Translations under genes and position numbers: made by a program
Assembly (NCBI GenBank): GCA_030390025.1
Contig: CM059445.1
Span: 48,236,001-48,300,000 of the forward strand
Length of the DNA: 64,000 nt
From: Squalus acanthias
Taxonomy: Eukaryota
Reading direction: 5' to 3'
In this document: piece by piece, positions 49,727 to 63,068 of the stretch
How positions within the stretch are numbered: position 1 is the first letter of the stretch
Layout: every line of letters begins with the position of its first letter
Notes under the pieces: model-generated
The model's database searches: none
Told to the model about the DNA's origin: nothing
What the model saw: the letters and a program-made list of their open reading frames with translations, nothing else

Positions 49727-51014
49727 GATATGTTTTATATCTCAAGATGGCGTCCCTTTCAAACACCAGGTCACTTGCAGTATTTCTTATGAACTGAAAA
49801 GAGGTAGTTGACCTGAGCAGTTAAATTCAATCAACAGTGTGTTTTGTTCATGGGAAGATATTCAGACCCAGGGAGAGGGTTTGAGTGATCATAGTAGGTT
49901 TACACACTTCTTGACCTCCGGAAGCCATAAGGGGATGGCACGTCTGCTATTCTGACCTTGCTAATGTGGGGACTTCAAAGTGAATTTGGATATCCTTGAT
50001 CTGAATTTATTGCAGGGGTCTCAGAGTTCTCCACCCCACTTAGGAGATGCTGTGCAGAGGAAGCTTTTATCTGGAGTGCTGAACAAAAAGGGCAGCAGTG
50101 GAAACTTAGCAAAGGAGCCAAGGTTTTAGGAATTGTGGACAAATAGTCAATTTACAGGGTTAGAAAAACAATACTAGTTGCTATATCTAATTTGGAATGA
50201 TTGTGCATAGAAGAAAACACAGCCTTGAAACTGAGAGATTATTCCTTCACTCAAGTATCAATCCTGGTCCAAACATGGGGATAGTCATTTCCCAAATCAT
50301 TAAGCCAGTTGTTATATTTATCCAATAATTAACAGTATCACAAAGTATCAGCATGTAATAGCCCTTGGTGATCCTGCTAAGTGTTTTGGCCCATTTGTAG
50401 TAATTGCAAACTGGGTTTGGTCATTTCAATAGATCACAAAAACAAAAAGCTTCAAAAAAAAGCAACTGAGCCACCTGCATGAAGATAGGAAAAAAACGTT
50501 GTTATCAAAATTCCATTGCGTCATCGCAATAGATGGAGAAAAAAAACTAATTGTGTCACCTCAACATACAAATCTAGCACATATTTAGATCTAATCTAAC
50601 CTGATTCCAGCTTCGATGTGGGTGAATTTCTTTGCAATTGTAACTTATCATGTCGCAACATCGCAAAGCATTTCACATAAGGAATCACTTTCGAGGTGAA
50701 GTGACTGTTGTGTAGGCAAACGCAGCAGCCATTCTGTGCCAGGAATGAGCCAGCAATGAGAAGACCAATCAACCTGTTTATTTTGGTGGCATTGGTTGAG
50801 GAGGAGTGTTGGCCCATACCTCAGGAGAGCTCTGTGCCCTTAAAGTTTATGTGATTCTTAGTGCAGTGAATCCACCTGCTAAACATGCAGTACTTTTAAT
50901 TTGAATCTACTTCACTTTTGGTTCAGTATTAAGTAAACCTGCAAATGGATCAAAGTATATTAATGTATATGAATTTCCTGGAAAATTCCTCATCATAATA
51001 ATCATATGATTATA

Positions 51015-51514
51015 AAACTCTGCTGCCCATGTCCTAATTCGCACCAAGTCCCGTTCACCCATCACCCCTGTGCTCGTTGACCTACATTGGCTCCCGGTTA
51101 AGCAACGCCTCGATTTTAAAATTCTCATCCTTGTTTTCAAATCCCTCCCTGTGGCCTCATCCCTCCCTATCTCTGTAATCTCCTCCAGACCTACAACCCT
51201 CCAAGATATTTGCGCTCCTCTAATTCTGGCCTCGTGAGCATCCACGATTTAAATCCACCATTGACGGCCCTGTTTCAGCTGCCACGGCCCCAAGCTCTAG
51301 AATTCCCTCCCTAAACTTCTCCTCTTCTCGACCTTTCTTTCCTCCTTTAAGACGCTCCTTAAAACCTACCTCTTTGACCAAGCTTGTTGTATTATGCCCT
51401 AACATCTCCTTATGTGGCTCAGTGTCAAAAGATTTGTTTGATAACGCTCCTGGGAAGCGCCTCGAGACATTTTACTACATTAAGGTGCTATACAAATACA
51501 AGTTGTTGTTGTTA
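51015..51514 (+). mobile_element. L2-clade LINE 3' fragment
   Basis: Homologous to 39640-40120; (GTT)n tail. Confidence 0.8.
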
Positions 51515-52451
51515 TAGTATTGGAAACTCTCTTTCTGTCAGGTTCTTAACACCAATTCCATGGGAAGCTATTAGAATATATCCGACATGCTAAAACATGT
51601 ATTACTAATTGATGCTTGTACTCCTAAGTACTGCATCCTTTTTGTGTGCAAATTATAAAAAGAGGTGAAGTTGTGCCTGTGTAATTAACACACCTACTAT
51701 ATATTTCTTCTTTGCTATTTACACAGTATTGTTAAGATCTGACATTCTTTCACATTTTGATGTGTAAAAGACCAGGAGGCAGGCTTGTGAATTTTTTGTT
51801 AACATTTGATATACAGTACTATCCAAAATCACTTCACATATTCCACCAGGCCTTGATAAGTGTTGACTTTTGGTGCAGTTATACTGCACCTACCATTTTG
51901 ATACTTGCATGAAGTTGAGAGTAGTGAAAATGAGCAGCGTTGACCTCTACCTTTCTCATTGTGCCCTCAGCTCACTAGACTCTGACTACCAGTAGAATTT
52001 CTAATGTTGCAAAAAAAAAGCCCACTGTTTGGTCAGTTTAACATCACAAAGTTAAAGCAGGCTGCCTACAATCTTCTTAAACGCTAACTTTTAAGTCGAG
52101 CATTCTTTCTCTGAGGTCTACTATTTTGCCGGAACATGTACCAGTCATTTCTGTAGACCATTTAGGATCCTTTAATTTCATATTAATTGCACGGTTCAGT
52201 CATTCAGTGGGAGAATCTTGGCTGAAATCTTAGCGCAAACCGCCTGACTTTAACATAATGGCTCTAATTACATGAACACATCAAAATCACTTAATCTGTT
52301 GCTTCATGTGGAACTAGTCCTCATTGTTTAATCACACCATGTATACAGGTTGCTGTGTATTGTTTTGTTTTTCAGACTGAACTTTGTCATATAAACATCA
52401 AGATTTTATCAGCTAGATCAGGTCAAAGTACTTGACATGGGGGTATCATGT

Positions 52452-52785
52452 CATAGAGCCATAGAGTCATAACGGCACAGAAGGAGGCCATTCGGCCCAT
52501 CGAGTCCGTGCCGCCTCTCTGTAGAGCAATCCAGTCAGTCCCATTCCCCCGCTCTATCCCCGTAGCCCTGCAAGTTTATTTCCCTCAAGTGCCTACCCAG
52601 TCTCCCCTTGAAAACATTGAGTGTTTCCGCTTCCACCACTTCTGTCGGCAGCGAATTCCAGGTCCTCACCACTCGCTGCGTAAAAAAGTTTTTCCTCACA
52701 CCCCCCTGTTTCTCTTGCCCAAAACCTTAAATCTGTGTCCCCTAGTCCTTGTACCATCAACTAGTGGGAACAGCCTTTCCCCGTC
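52452..52785 (-). mobile_element. CR1-clade LINE 3' fragment
   Basis: CATAGAG(C/T)CATA tandem tail, GCACAGAAGGAGGCCATTCGGCCCA; related tails at about 21935-22030 and 46155-46210; an opposite-strand relative at about 20000-20340. Confidence 0.7.
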
Positions 52786-53624
52786 TGTCTGGAGTGATGT
52801 AAATGCTCATGATTTCTGTGATGAATTGTTACCTTGTACCGAAGTATAATCATCAGAGATGCATTTCTTTCTGTTTAAAGTCAATTCTTTTTTTGCAAAA
52901 ATGTAATTGGTTTTTAATAGTTTAGGAAAATAATTTTTACCTTTACACATGGAGGGGAATATACCCCGTAATATCCACTTTTTCCCTCCAGAAATTTCTC
53001 AAGTTATTTAAGAATTGTGCGATAATTGTCATTCATATCAAATATGTCAACTAGATTGGAAATCGTGGCACAAGTGAGGTGCTGGGAGGCAAATTACGTC
53101 CTTGGCATTCCATATAATGGGCCAGATAGCCTTGTGTTTTCTGGTGGTTTGGTTTCCAATGCCATATCAAAAATCACCTTAAAAAAAACATTCTGATTTT
53201 GATACATCTTAAAGAACAGTAATGGACTTCTGTTAGCCAAGATTTATAGAAAGTTAGTTTAGAATCTTGTCAGCTAGCCACCAGAAGAGATATTAAACCA
53301 GAACACAGTGTTCTGAAACAATGGCTTGAACCCAACTAATCAGTTAGTGATTGGAATGAGAAGGCGATAGCAGATGGGTTTTAGGATGTAGCCCCAGGTT
53401 CAAACCCCAGCCTTCAAAAGAAGCAAGCATATTGTACAGTGCCTCATTGCACAATTGTAATTCATCCCCTGGGTGCTCTGTGACTCCTTTGTGTAGACAG
53501 CAGCTACAGATAAGGTTCTAACACCATATATGGGAATAAAATTGTGATACTAAAGTATTCAGTATAGCTTTGCCAGTAAGAAGGAAATGTCTTTGGGCCT
53601 GTGTTTATTTCTGTCTCTGCCACT

Positions 53625-53627
<3 letters not shown>

Positions 53628-53670
<43 letters not shown>

Positions 53671-53679
53671 CTCTCTCTC
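53628..53679. repeat. (CT)n microsatellite
   Basis: Read directly; other simple repeats are (GA)n at 26303-26329 and (GT)n at 35871-35892, 36222-36242 and 5265-5280. Confidence 0.9.
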
Positions 53680-54149
53680 ATTTGCGACTATTCCTCACAG
53701 ATGCTGGAATGATCAAGAAAGAAACTCTTGCATTTGTGTAGCTCTTTTTCAGGTCAGAATGTCTGAACCTTTCAAAGTGCTTCACACAATGAACTACTTT
53801 TGGGAGTTTGGTGACTGTTATATGAACAAACACCTACATAAGATGTGGAATGAGTTTGTGGTGGTCGGCACGAGATTCACGAAAGAACCTAATTGCACAA
53901 TGATAAACGTTCAGTGAGAGGGAGAACAGCATGGCCACATTTCAAGGTGAACCCAGCTCCTGAGCGTTCATGCACCATTTGCTGTTCTACTCAGGTCAAC
54001 AAAGTGGTTGACGCACAATTCCCACTCATGGACAACAGAATACTGGCTTCCTCAAAGACACTCACAATATGTTATAGAACCAGAATTAGTAGTACTTCTC
54101 TGCAATAAATTACAGAAATACTTAATGCCCATCTGAAGCTCACCTGATA

Positions 54150-54520
54150 ATATGGTGGGTAAACCCATCGCTCGTGTGGTGCTGAACCGTACAGACCAGG
54201 GAAGACTCCCGCTCAGTCCCTGGTCTGTGTTGAGTTAGATGGTGCGGTGGGTGTCCTCAGAAATCTTTGTCTAGGGAGAGGAAAAAACAGCTCCCACATT
54301 TATTTCCGAGCTAGGTAGCCATGTTGGAAAGTGCGTGTGAAAGGGCATCGGATAGGGGCAGGACTGGGCTCAGTTGTGTTGCCCCCGCTGTCTGCAAATA
54401 CTCACTATCTGGGCTCACTGCTCAAGAATAGCCACTTGTATATGGTACCAGAGGGTTCCCATTGCCTGTCGAACAATACCCAGCATGAGTCAGCAACTTC
54501 AAAAAGGTAAGGGAAAAGCC
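54150..54520 (+). mobile_element. Ancient SINE, AmnSINE2-like
   Basis: GTGTGGTGCTGAACCGTACAGACCAGGGAAG...CCCTGGTCTGTGTTGAGTTAG...AAGAATAGCCACTTG...CCCAGCATGAGTCAGC. Confidence 0.55.
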
Positions 54521-56634
54521 TGAAGAAAAAACGCATACACCCTTCCAATATTTGGGTATAGCTGGCTATTGATATCCAAATTTAAAAGTCCGCTTTGTTT
54601 AAGAATTTTTAAATTGAATTTCTGTTTTGCAGTAACCTGTACCAATTTGGCTTGACAATTTGATTTGCGGGTTTAAATTTCAATGACCTTGGTAAAAGTT
54701 CGCAATACTTAATTTTAGCAGTATAAGTTACTGATGACAGGGGACCAGATCTGTATCAGGGGGAGGGATCTATACAAGGGAAATCTCAAGTTTCCTGGCA
54801 GGTTAATATGTTACAGGTCATAGTGATGAGCACTTATCCAAGGAGGAAATCTGAGTTGGTCTGAATTTGATTGGCTTGATCAGTTCAGGGTCCAGTTTCT
54901 TGTACAATAGCAAAATCCTCCATTATAAGGAATTTGAACCCGTGCCAGTTTAAAAAAAAAACTTGGACTGGAGTCAAATTCTCCTTGGTGGAGTACCATT
55001 TATTTAAAGGTGTTTTTTTTATATTTTAGCAGTTCATTTCTGGCTGAGTTTAATGGGCTTGAGTAAGTGGAGATTGAACTGAATGCCATATCTTAAACCA
55101 AAATCTGACATTTCTACCAGGTAAAAATATTGGAAAACTGAAAAAGAAAGGCTAAAAATCCAAACCTTTAGATTTAAACTTGTGTTCTGATCCTGGGGAA
55201 AGCTTTCCTCTGTTAGCTAATTGTAGCAAAATTGTGATTCTTTATGGGTGTGTTTATAATTTCACTACAAATAGTAAATCCCCCCACCCCCATCCCGCCG
55301 ACCTCCCTTTCCTTGGATAGTGCAGAGCCGCACTGGCATCAGTCTGACTGAAGTTTGTATGTTCTGTCTAACTGTCCTAGTTGTAGGGCAGGGTAGAGGT
55401 GGGTAAGAGCAGCAGACAAGATACCACAGATATATAGCATTGGTTCATGGGAGTTCGCTCCCCATGGAAGCCAATGTCTCTTTACCTTCTAAGAGGTATC
55501 GACTCTCTAAAAAATGTTTTAAAATGTTTATCAGTCAATCCTCCTACAAACCCATCAGTTGTTCCGAATGCCCCACTGCCCCTTCAGACTCTCATTCATT
55601 GCTTCGCCCACTATTGAAGTGCATTTTATTTGATAACATAACAAGCATAACATGGTATTGTAGAGGCTGGAGGTGTTTTTTTAAAATAATATAGGATCAG
55701 TGTGGATCTCAGTTATTTGAGATGTTTATCTTGTGTTTGCAAACAGTGTCCCTGATGGGTCAGAAGAATCACAAACAATTCAAAAACATGCTGTAGTTTA
55801 ATCATGAACATGCGTCACTGGTGCTACTGGTAAAGACCCAATATCTGGACCTGCTGTACCTCCGGTATGCTGGGCTGGTATTCACGTTCTGCTGTTTATG
55901 AGCTACATTTCTGGCTAACATTCTTTGTGAACATATATCTCACAGGATCATGAAACAGGTCAGACTCGAGAGAGAGGTTTTGAATTTGGTTTATGTGGAC
56001 AGAACAATATTATCTTAAATTTTCATAATGCTACAATGCAGGGAGAGAAATTACACCATGTTCTAGTCTTATCTTTCAGCTCATTCCCTTTTAACTCTTA
56101 CTAGTCTCTATGGGGACATTATGTTCTGTGACAAATGGCTTCAGTATTGGAGATGTCTAATTAATCACCTGCAGAGCTCTCTGATGTCAAAGGTCATATT
56201 CAGGTCTGTTTCCCACCAGCTTGAGTACTTGTACATGAGGATCTGCTTTTTTCCACATCTGCCTTTCAGTCACATCATCAGCTTTCATCTAATCAATTAT
56301 ATCCTTAACACATTGAAATCAAAACGTTGCATTTTGCCATACCCTTCACTGGTGCAAGATATATACCAATCACAGCAGCTACTTCTGTTTTGTTTTAAGT
56401 TGTTTGAAACTCACTTTTGCTATCCCTGATAAAGAGAAGCATTAGATGCTAGCAGAATACAAAGACCCTGTCACCAGGGATTTCACATAAAAGTCTTGAA
56501 ACAGCTCAGGCTGAGCCACCTCTGATGTTACCTACCGTGCTACAAAGGAAAGCAACTGAGGGCTCTCGGAGATAAATCAGAGATGTCATAAATTATGTGA
56601 AAGTGTACCTTTAATTTTGCCGTACAGATTAAAA

Positions 56635-56742
56635 AAAAACTTTGCTGGAAATCTGAAATAAAAATGGAAAAATGCTGGAAATCGGCAACAGGTCAGTCAG
56701 CACTTAAATGACAAAAGGCAGCGAGACCCTTCATCAGAACAG
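56635..56742 (-). mobile_element. Degenerate family A remnant
   Basis: GCTGGAAATCTGAAATAAAAATGGAAAAATGCTGGAAA...GACCCTTCATCAGAAC resembles the family A arm. Confidence 0.5.
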
Positions 56743-56880
56743 GTTTTAGCTTTACCGCGGACACTTAAAGGGGCATTGTAGCGAAATGATATCTTGTGTC
56801 GAGAAACTCAACCTGCGAAACAACAGATTCGCCATCTCATTTACAAACTAAACTACCTTTTCACAAAACCAGGAAATATT

Positions 56881-57650
56881 GGCCCGGAATTTGCGGTCAG
56901 CAGCGAAGCAAAGGCGTTCGCCGCTGGCCCCGAAGTACGCTTCGCACAAGGATCTCGCGATCCCTGTGTCAAGATCTTCGGGTTTCCTGACCTTCAAGTC
57001 AAATCAACGGAAGTTAGTGGGGATCCCCTTGTGCCAACTGCGGTGACGTCAACGGGCTGTCTGAGCAGCCAATCAAAAGGCAGCATTCTCACAGACAGTG
57101 ACCAAGGAAGTCAGGAAGCTCTTTAAAATTCTAACTTTAAAAAAAAAATGTTAGCGAGAGCGAAACAAGGATTGGGGCGCTCACATGGGAAAAAGGCAAA
57201 CCTGAAATAAAAATCGACAAACTTTAAAAAAAAAATGTTTTTGAAAAGTTTCTTTAAAAATTTTAATTTTTATTAAAATGGACAAATTTCACACTGCACG
57301 AAATTAAAATTAGTTTTCCAGGCCCTTAACATTTGTTTAGCATTAATAACAATGTCAAAATCCCAGTTACACCTAATCCCTTTGGATCTGACCTCTAGTG
57401 GGGAATTTAACAGCGTAATTACTGAGGGAGAGCCAAAGTTTTCGTCAGTTTCCCTGATTTGGCTGATTGCACAGATTGCCGGCTCTGTTGTGGGGGGAGG
57501 AGGCACAGCACAGGCCTGTTTCAGAGCTGTCAATGACTGACCGCAACTTCAGGTCATGCGCCAGATCCCGAAGTTGCGGTCAGTTTCAAAGGTCGGGTTG
57601 ACGGTGAACGCTGCCAGTTCGCGGTCATCAAGACCGCAAATTCCGGCGGC
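56881..57650. mobile_element. MITE-like element, subfamily M1 (PIF/Harbinger-like)
   Basis: Terminal inverted repeats GGCCCGGAATTTGCGGTC and GACCGCAAATTCCGGCGGCC; ATT on both flanks. Confidence 0.8.
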
Positions 57651-59454
57651 CATTACTTTTGTGAAAGTGAGATACAGCAGGAGCAGAATCTGTGCTTGTG
57701 CCGAGAAGGAAGAAACTGGGGCCGATCTGAACAAACAGCCCCTGCAGCCAAATTGCGCCCAGCCTAATACCACTCACTGATTCACTCCCCAGCTCTTATC
57801 TCCCTCTGCACAGCCCTGGGACGAGTGGATCATGTTATCATTGATGTTTCAAAACAGACATAACCAATCAGCAATGTACAAGCTATCAGATCCGTGTATC
57901 AGTAATCCATCTTCTGCAGTACCTTAATCCCAGTTGATGATTCAGCTGTGAATGTGAATTTTTACCCCCTTAATTTACAGCTGTTTTAAGTCAAAACATT
58001 GAAAGGAATCACTTACAGTGCTGTAGTTGGTAAAAAGGATTCACCAGGGATGGGAACTGTTTAACTGGTAAATCTTGCTGAATGTTTGGCCTCTTCTAGC
58101 ATTACCATCTTCAGTGTGTTGGGACTACAAGTATAAACCATTTGTCAGAACAGTTTCAAGGAGTACATAAGTTTATGGTACTGTATCTAGGTTACAGCGA
58201 CATTTTATTTAAACTAGATCTACTGAACATACTTTTAAAGATATACCAGTGTCAAAACATAATCACTCTGACGATCATGTGGCGTCAATCTGGAACACTC
58301 TGAATAATTGGTGGTGTTGATTTGGAAAAGAAGTTTTCCTGTGGTGTAATGGTTGGCGTGTTTTACTAGCTGCATTCTCCTCAGAAATGTTGCCCCTCCT
58401 AAGCAATGTAGGTGGCGGTTGCACAGAGAACCCTTTCTACCACATTGCGGTGAAGTACATTGTTAGTGCAACCAGACAGAATGAGAGATGATGTAGTGGG
58501 GAACATTTCTCCCACCACAGAAGGTGGAGTGAAGGCTGGGTAAGCTTTCCTGAGAGTAAAATATACTCTGCATTCTTCCAGAAATTGACAGGGGAAATGA
58601 CAAGTGGTCCAAGCTTTCTCCATGCTTTAAAGCTGGGATCCCTTCTCATTTACCCTGGAATGCGGGGAGAATAATTTTCTTTCTGTATGAAATCAGATAG
58701 GGATAAACTTGCCTTTGTGTTTAGACAACTTTGGGGAAAAGTAATACAAAATGCAACTTTCCCTTTGGTGTGGTAAAGTAATAGGAGCTTATTATACTAC
58801 TAGAAACTAAAACACACACTGTACACTTTCAATTCTTTGGGATGCACTCAATCTGATCTTTACACTCATTGCATATAAGAGCTATAAATCTGTACAGTGG
58901 CACACAGCTTACGACAACCAGTCTTCAAGCTGTTGCAGGACTGCTTCCAACCAGGGTCTTACTCTTCAGTATTTAGCTGGCAAAAATATGTTGGTGACTT
59001 TTTAAAGAAAATTACTTCGAAATAAACTTTTGGAAAAAAATACTTACCATATGTCAGCCAGCCTCTCAATCATGACATTTGCAATAAAATGCAAACACAT
59101 GTAATCTACTGGCAGTGATAAACTCCGCGCTGAATGATTTAACCAGGCATTAGCTTGCCAGATGTGACTTTAGTACTTGGACGGTCTGTACCTTGAGCTG
59201 AAAACATTTCATGAATTCGCAACTATAATGAGCCCTCACCTTTTTTTTTGTTTAAACCTACCATTGTTAGAAGTTATTACCAACGGCCTTACAGACTTTG
59301 CACACCATGCAGTTCTGTGGAACCTTAAACGCGGATGGTGGGAGAGTTTATTTTTTTAAATGGCTGCACTTTCCATTTCCAGTTAACACTTCTGCTACCA
59401 GCGTGCCAAGCTCACAGCTGCTTTATGAAGGGTGTGTGTTTGATTGATTTCTAG

Positions 59455-59587
59455 GACTTATGCGGCGCTCAGACCTGTGACACGCTGGGGATGGCGGACG
59501 TGGGGACGATGTGTGACCCGAAGCGAAGCTGCTCTGTCATTGAAGACGATGGGCTCCCATCAGCCTTTACCACGGCTCATGAATTAG
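59455..59587 (+). CDS. ADAMTS15: ADAMTS15-like coding exon 3 (metalloprotease domain, ends HELG)
   Basis: ttctag|GAC acceptor; [45 protein letters not shown]; G|gtatag donor; 133 bp. GLPSAFT resembles ADAMTS15. Confidence 0.93.
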
Positions 59588-59697
59588 GTATAGATTACAT
59601 TGCATTAAATTTAGCAATATCCAACATTCCTTTCTGTATGTTTTCTCCCCATTTTGTTTTAGTTCTCAGCCTATTGTACAGTGGCAGGGTACGGTAG

Positions 59698-60116
59698 ACA
59701 AAAATGAGAAGTCGCACAACACCAGGTTATAGTCCAACAGATTTATTTAAAATTACAAGCTTTCGGAGCTGTCGCCCCTTCCTCAGGTAAAGGTACAATG
59801 AGTGAATCTACAATATTTCACAGTATATAAACACAGAAACTGCAGAGATACAATCTTTCAGGGAAGGTGTCCTTACATCAAAGACACGCCAGAGCACAGC
59901 CAAGACAATGAGATGTGTCACAGGAGGTCCAACGTGTCAAATCCTGCTGTCTGCAGTTTTTTGGGGGGTTTGCTTTTTTTGTGTTTTTTTTTAAAATAAA
60001 AACTGGAAAGACAGACAATGATGTCGAGTCACGTTCTGTAGCGTGACATGAACCCGATATCCCTATTGAGGCTGGCCTCTGGGTGCGGAACTTGGCGCCG
60101 GCATCTCCGCATCATG
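59698..60116 (-). mobile_element. 5'-truncated Penelope-like element, family B, with hammerhead at 59753-59790 and a short inverted tail
   Basis: Homologous to 33766-34260 (frameshifted AKFRT...LNRDIGFMSRY end); direct repeat AGGGTAYGGTAG at 59686-59697 and 60117-60128; GCCGGCATCTCCGCATCAT tail in the opposite orientation. Confidence 0.8.
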
Positions 60117-60502
60117 AGGGTATGGTAGCACAGTGGTTATGTTACTGGACTAGTATTCCAGAGGCCTGGACTAATGATCTGGAGGTATGAGTTCACAATC
60201 CCACTATGGCAGCTGGAAAATTTAAATTCAGTTAATTAAATAAAAATAAAATTAAAAAAGCTAGAATCAGTAATAGTGACCATGAAACTACCAGATTGTA
60301 GTTAAAAACCCATCTGGTTCACTAATGTCCTTTTTAAGGAAGGAAATCTGCCATCCTTACCCAGTCAGGCCTATATGTGACTCCAGACCCACAGCAATGT
60401 GGTTGACTCTTAACTGCCCTCTGTTGTATCAAAGGGCAATTAGGGATGGGCAATAAATGCTGGCATTGCCAGCGACGCCCACATCCCGTGAATAAAAAAA
60501 AA
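60117..60502 (+). mobile_element. tRNA-derived SINE, second family, near full length
   Basis: Same head and tail as 28040-28345; A-rich end. Confidence 0.78.
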
Positions 60503-61371
60503 TCTTAAATAAGACAGATATTCAGCCCGGGTAAAATATTTTGTAAATTTAGTGAAAACATTTTAATGCATTTACTTGAATGCAGGCAAAATATTGCCTT
60601 CATCCAATTATTTTTATCAAGGGAGAGAAAATGGATCCAAGTTGAAGAAAATGTGTCCATTAACTGGCGTGTGCCGATATTTGTTACGGTCGAGAAACCA
60701 AACAAAGGAGAATTGATAATCCAGAGACAGCGCTGTTTGCTAGCTATTTGCCCTTAGATATTACAATAAATTGTCATTGAGATTTTGCTGATTAGTCACT
60801 GAACTGTCCAGATCTGGTGAATGCACCAGTCACTGCTAGACGTCAGTTGGCATTGTTCCCTCAAGTTCCTGGAGAGATGCCAGATAGCATCTTTATTGCA
60901 GCTGTGCTGAATGAGTGGAGCCTGTTACAAGCGATATCACAATGACAATGTGGAGTGACCATGCTGAATGGCCTTCCTTCAGAAGAAGCTGGCTTCTGCA
61001 CAAACCTTTCAGACATTTAGTTTGCTTGAGTTTGGTGGGAGAGTTGCGAAAGCTGATTATCTACTCTTTTGCCATTGAAAGCTGATCATTGAACATTATT
61101 GATAGCACAGTTAGGGAATATACATATCCCAGTGATGAAGGATATATAGAGATGAGGCAAAATCTATCTGAGGTATAGTGAAACAATTGAGTGTAGTGCC
61201 AGTCTGTAGTTGATGGTGTCCTTTTTGACGTACACTATCTTACAATATTTTGCAGTCTCCTTTGATAGAAAACTAGTTATTTGCATTGGTTTATCCTGAA
61301 GGATCTCCAGTAACTGACAGGATCTATATGACCGCATTTTTATTTGAAATTCTTTTGTCTTTGGGTTTTAG

Positions 61372-61539
61372 GCCACGTGTTTAATATGCCACATGACAAC
61401 GTCAAGGCGTGTGAAAATGTGTTCGGGAAGCTGAAGGACAATCACATGATGTCTCCAACCCTCATACATATTGATCGTTCTAAACCGTGGTCAGTGTGCA
61501 GCGCTGCGATCATCACAGACTTCTTGGATAGTGGTCATG
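61372..61539 (+). CDS. ADAMTS15: ADAMTS15-like coding exon 4 (zinc-binding His residues, Met-turn)
   Basis: ttttag|GC acceptor; HVFNMPHDNVKACENVFGKLKDNHMMSPTL...CSAAIITDFLDSGHG; G|gtaagc donor; 168 bp. Later exons lie beyond the window. Confidence 0.93.
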
Positions 61540-62869
61540 GTAAGCAGGAAACCGTTGCTGCGTGGCAAAGCCTACATGAATTTTAAATGTGTTTACTTAT
61601 ATGAATAACCCACCTCTTCCACTTTTTTTGTTTGCAACAGAATTTCACGAAGAACAATACAGCTCATTTGCTATGTTGTTCTTTGTGGGCTGAACTGTTA
61701 CCCTCACAAAGCTGCCACACTGTCCTTCACAACTCAAACAATTGATCCATTGTAGAGAAGCAAAAAAATCAGAAAACAATGCATTATAACCACACCGCAT
61801 GCCAACCATTCTCCTTGAGTAGGGATTTGGTGTATGAGATCAGCCGTTGAACTTGAAATGGGTTAGCAGCTGTCTTTAAAAAAAAAGGCTAGAGAAAAAT
61901 GTAATATGAAATGCTAATGGTTCATAACTGGACTTTGCCAATCAGAAAAAATACGCTGTAAGTCCTGTTCAATCATTTATCTCTTTCAAACTCACTCACC
62001 TGATAGGCCAGTTCTGGTCAGCAGCAATAATGTGAATACATTCTTTTTTTTAACGGTTCATTTCATGATATGGGTAATACTGTGATCCTTATTTTAAATG
62101 GGTTACTACCTCGGAGATTAGCAACGCCGTTTATTGATATTAATGCAAATTGCAACACAAGCATAATGAACTATGGAGCATTGAGAAAAATGCATGAATA
62201 AATCCAGAATAAGTGTCCAGAAACGCAGGACTTTTTTTTGCTAATTGCAGAATTCGCCTTCAGAAAAATTAAAATTATAATTAATACGATAGGGTTCCAT
62301 TCTGCTGCTTGGCAGAAAAATAATGACACTTCAGTGGGCAAGCTGCACAACTTATACTTGATGGGACATTTTAATCTTGAGATTCATCATGAATTAAATT
62401 GGTTTTCAAACACCTACGCCGACTAGTATTTTTAGTGAGGTTTTTAATTCTTCCCACCTCTCCCCTTCTTGTTTCTGCACAGCTGTTTTCAGTTCTGTAC
62501 AGTGAATGCTAAAAACGTGAATAGACCAACACTTGTATTAATCAGTGAAGTTCTATATACTCAAAAGTCTTGTACAAGAGACCTGTTACAGAAAAGTCCA
62601 TTGCATAAGGGAGCTCTAATGTCCTATATGGAAGGTTATCAATCTGGCTGCAATAATCTTTACTTATTTATTTCACTTTGACTATAGTTTATCCTATTAA
62701 AAGCAATAATGTAATGTTGTCTATTTCAAACTAAATACTGTATGATGATGTCCTGTCACAAGTCCCTTGGCTGGATATTTCTCATGAAATTACATCCATT
62801 TCATGCACTTAATATAAATGTAATCTACAGAGGACTTTCTAGCCAAATATATGTAACTTAATAAGATAG

Positions 62870-63068
62870 GGTTGGAGGGAATTGAATGGCACAATGTCAT
62901 TCACTTCTGGGCCTTGGGTTTGGATCTAGACTAGAAGGATCAAAAAGAATTTCTCTACCTTTGGCAATTGTACAAGATCCTACGTGAAATTAATTTGGGC
63001 GGTCTTAACTAAATTTTTAATTGACATGAGTTCACATAGCACAAAACTCGGCACTACTTTGGCACTTT
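62870..63068 (+). mobile_element. Possible degenerate LF-SINE-like 5' half
   Basis: TTCACTTCTGGG...CCTACGTGAAAT...GGCGGTCT...CACATAGCACAAAA...GGCACTACTTTGGCAC follows the motif order I recall for LF-SINE. Confidence 0.4.
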
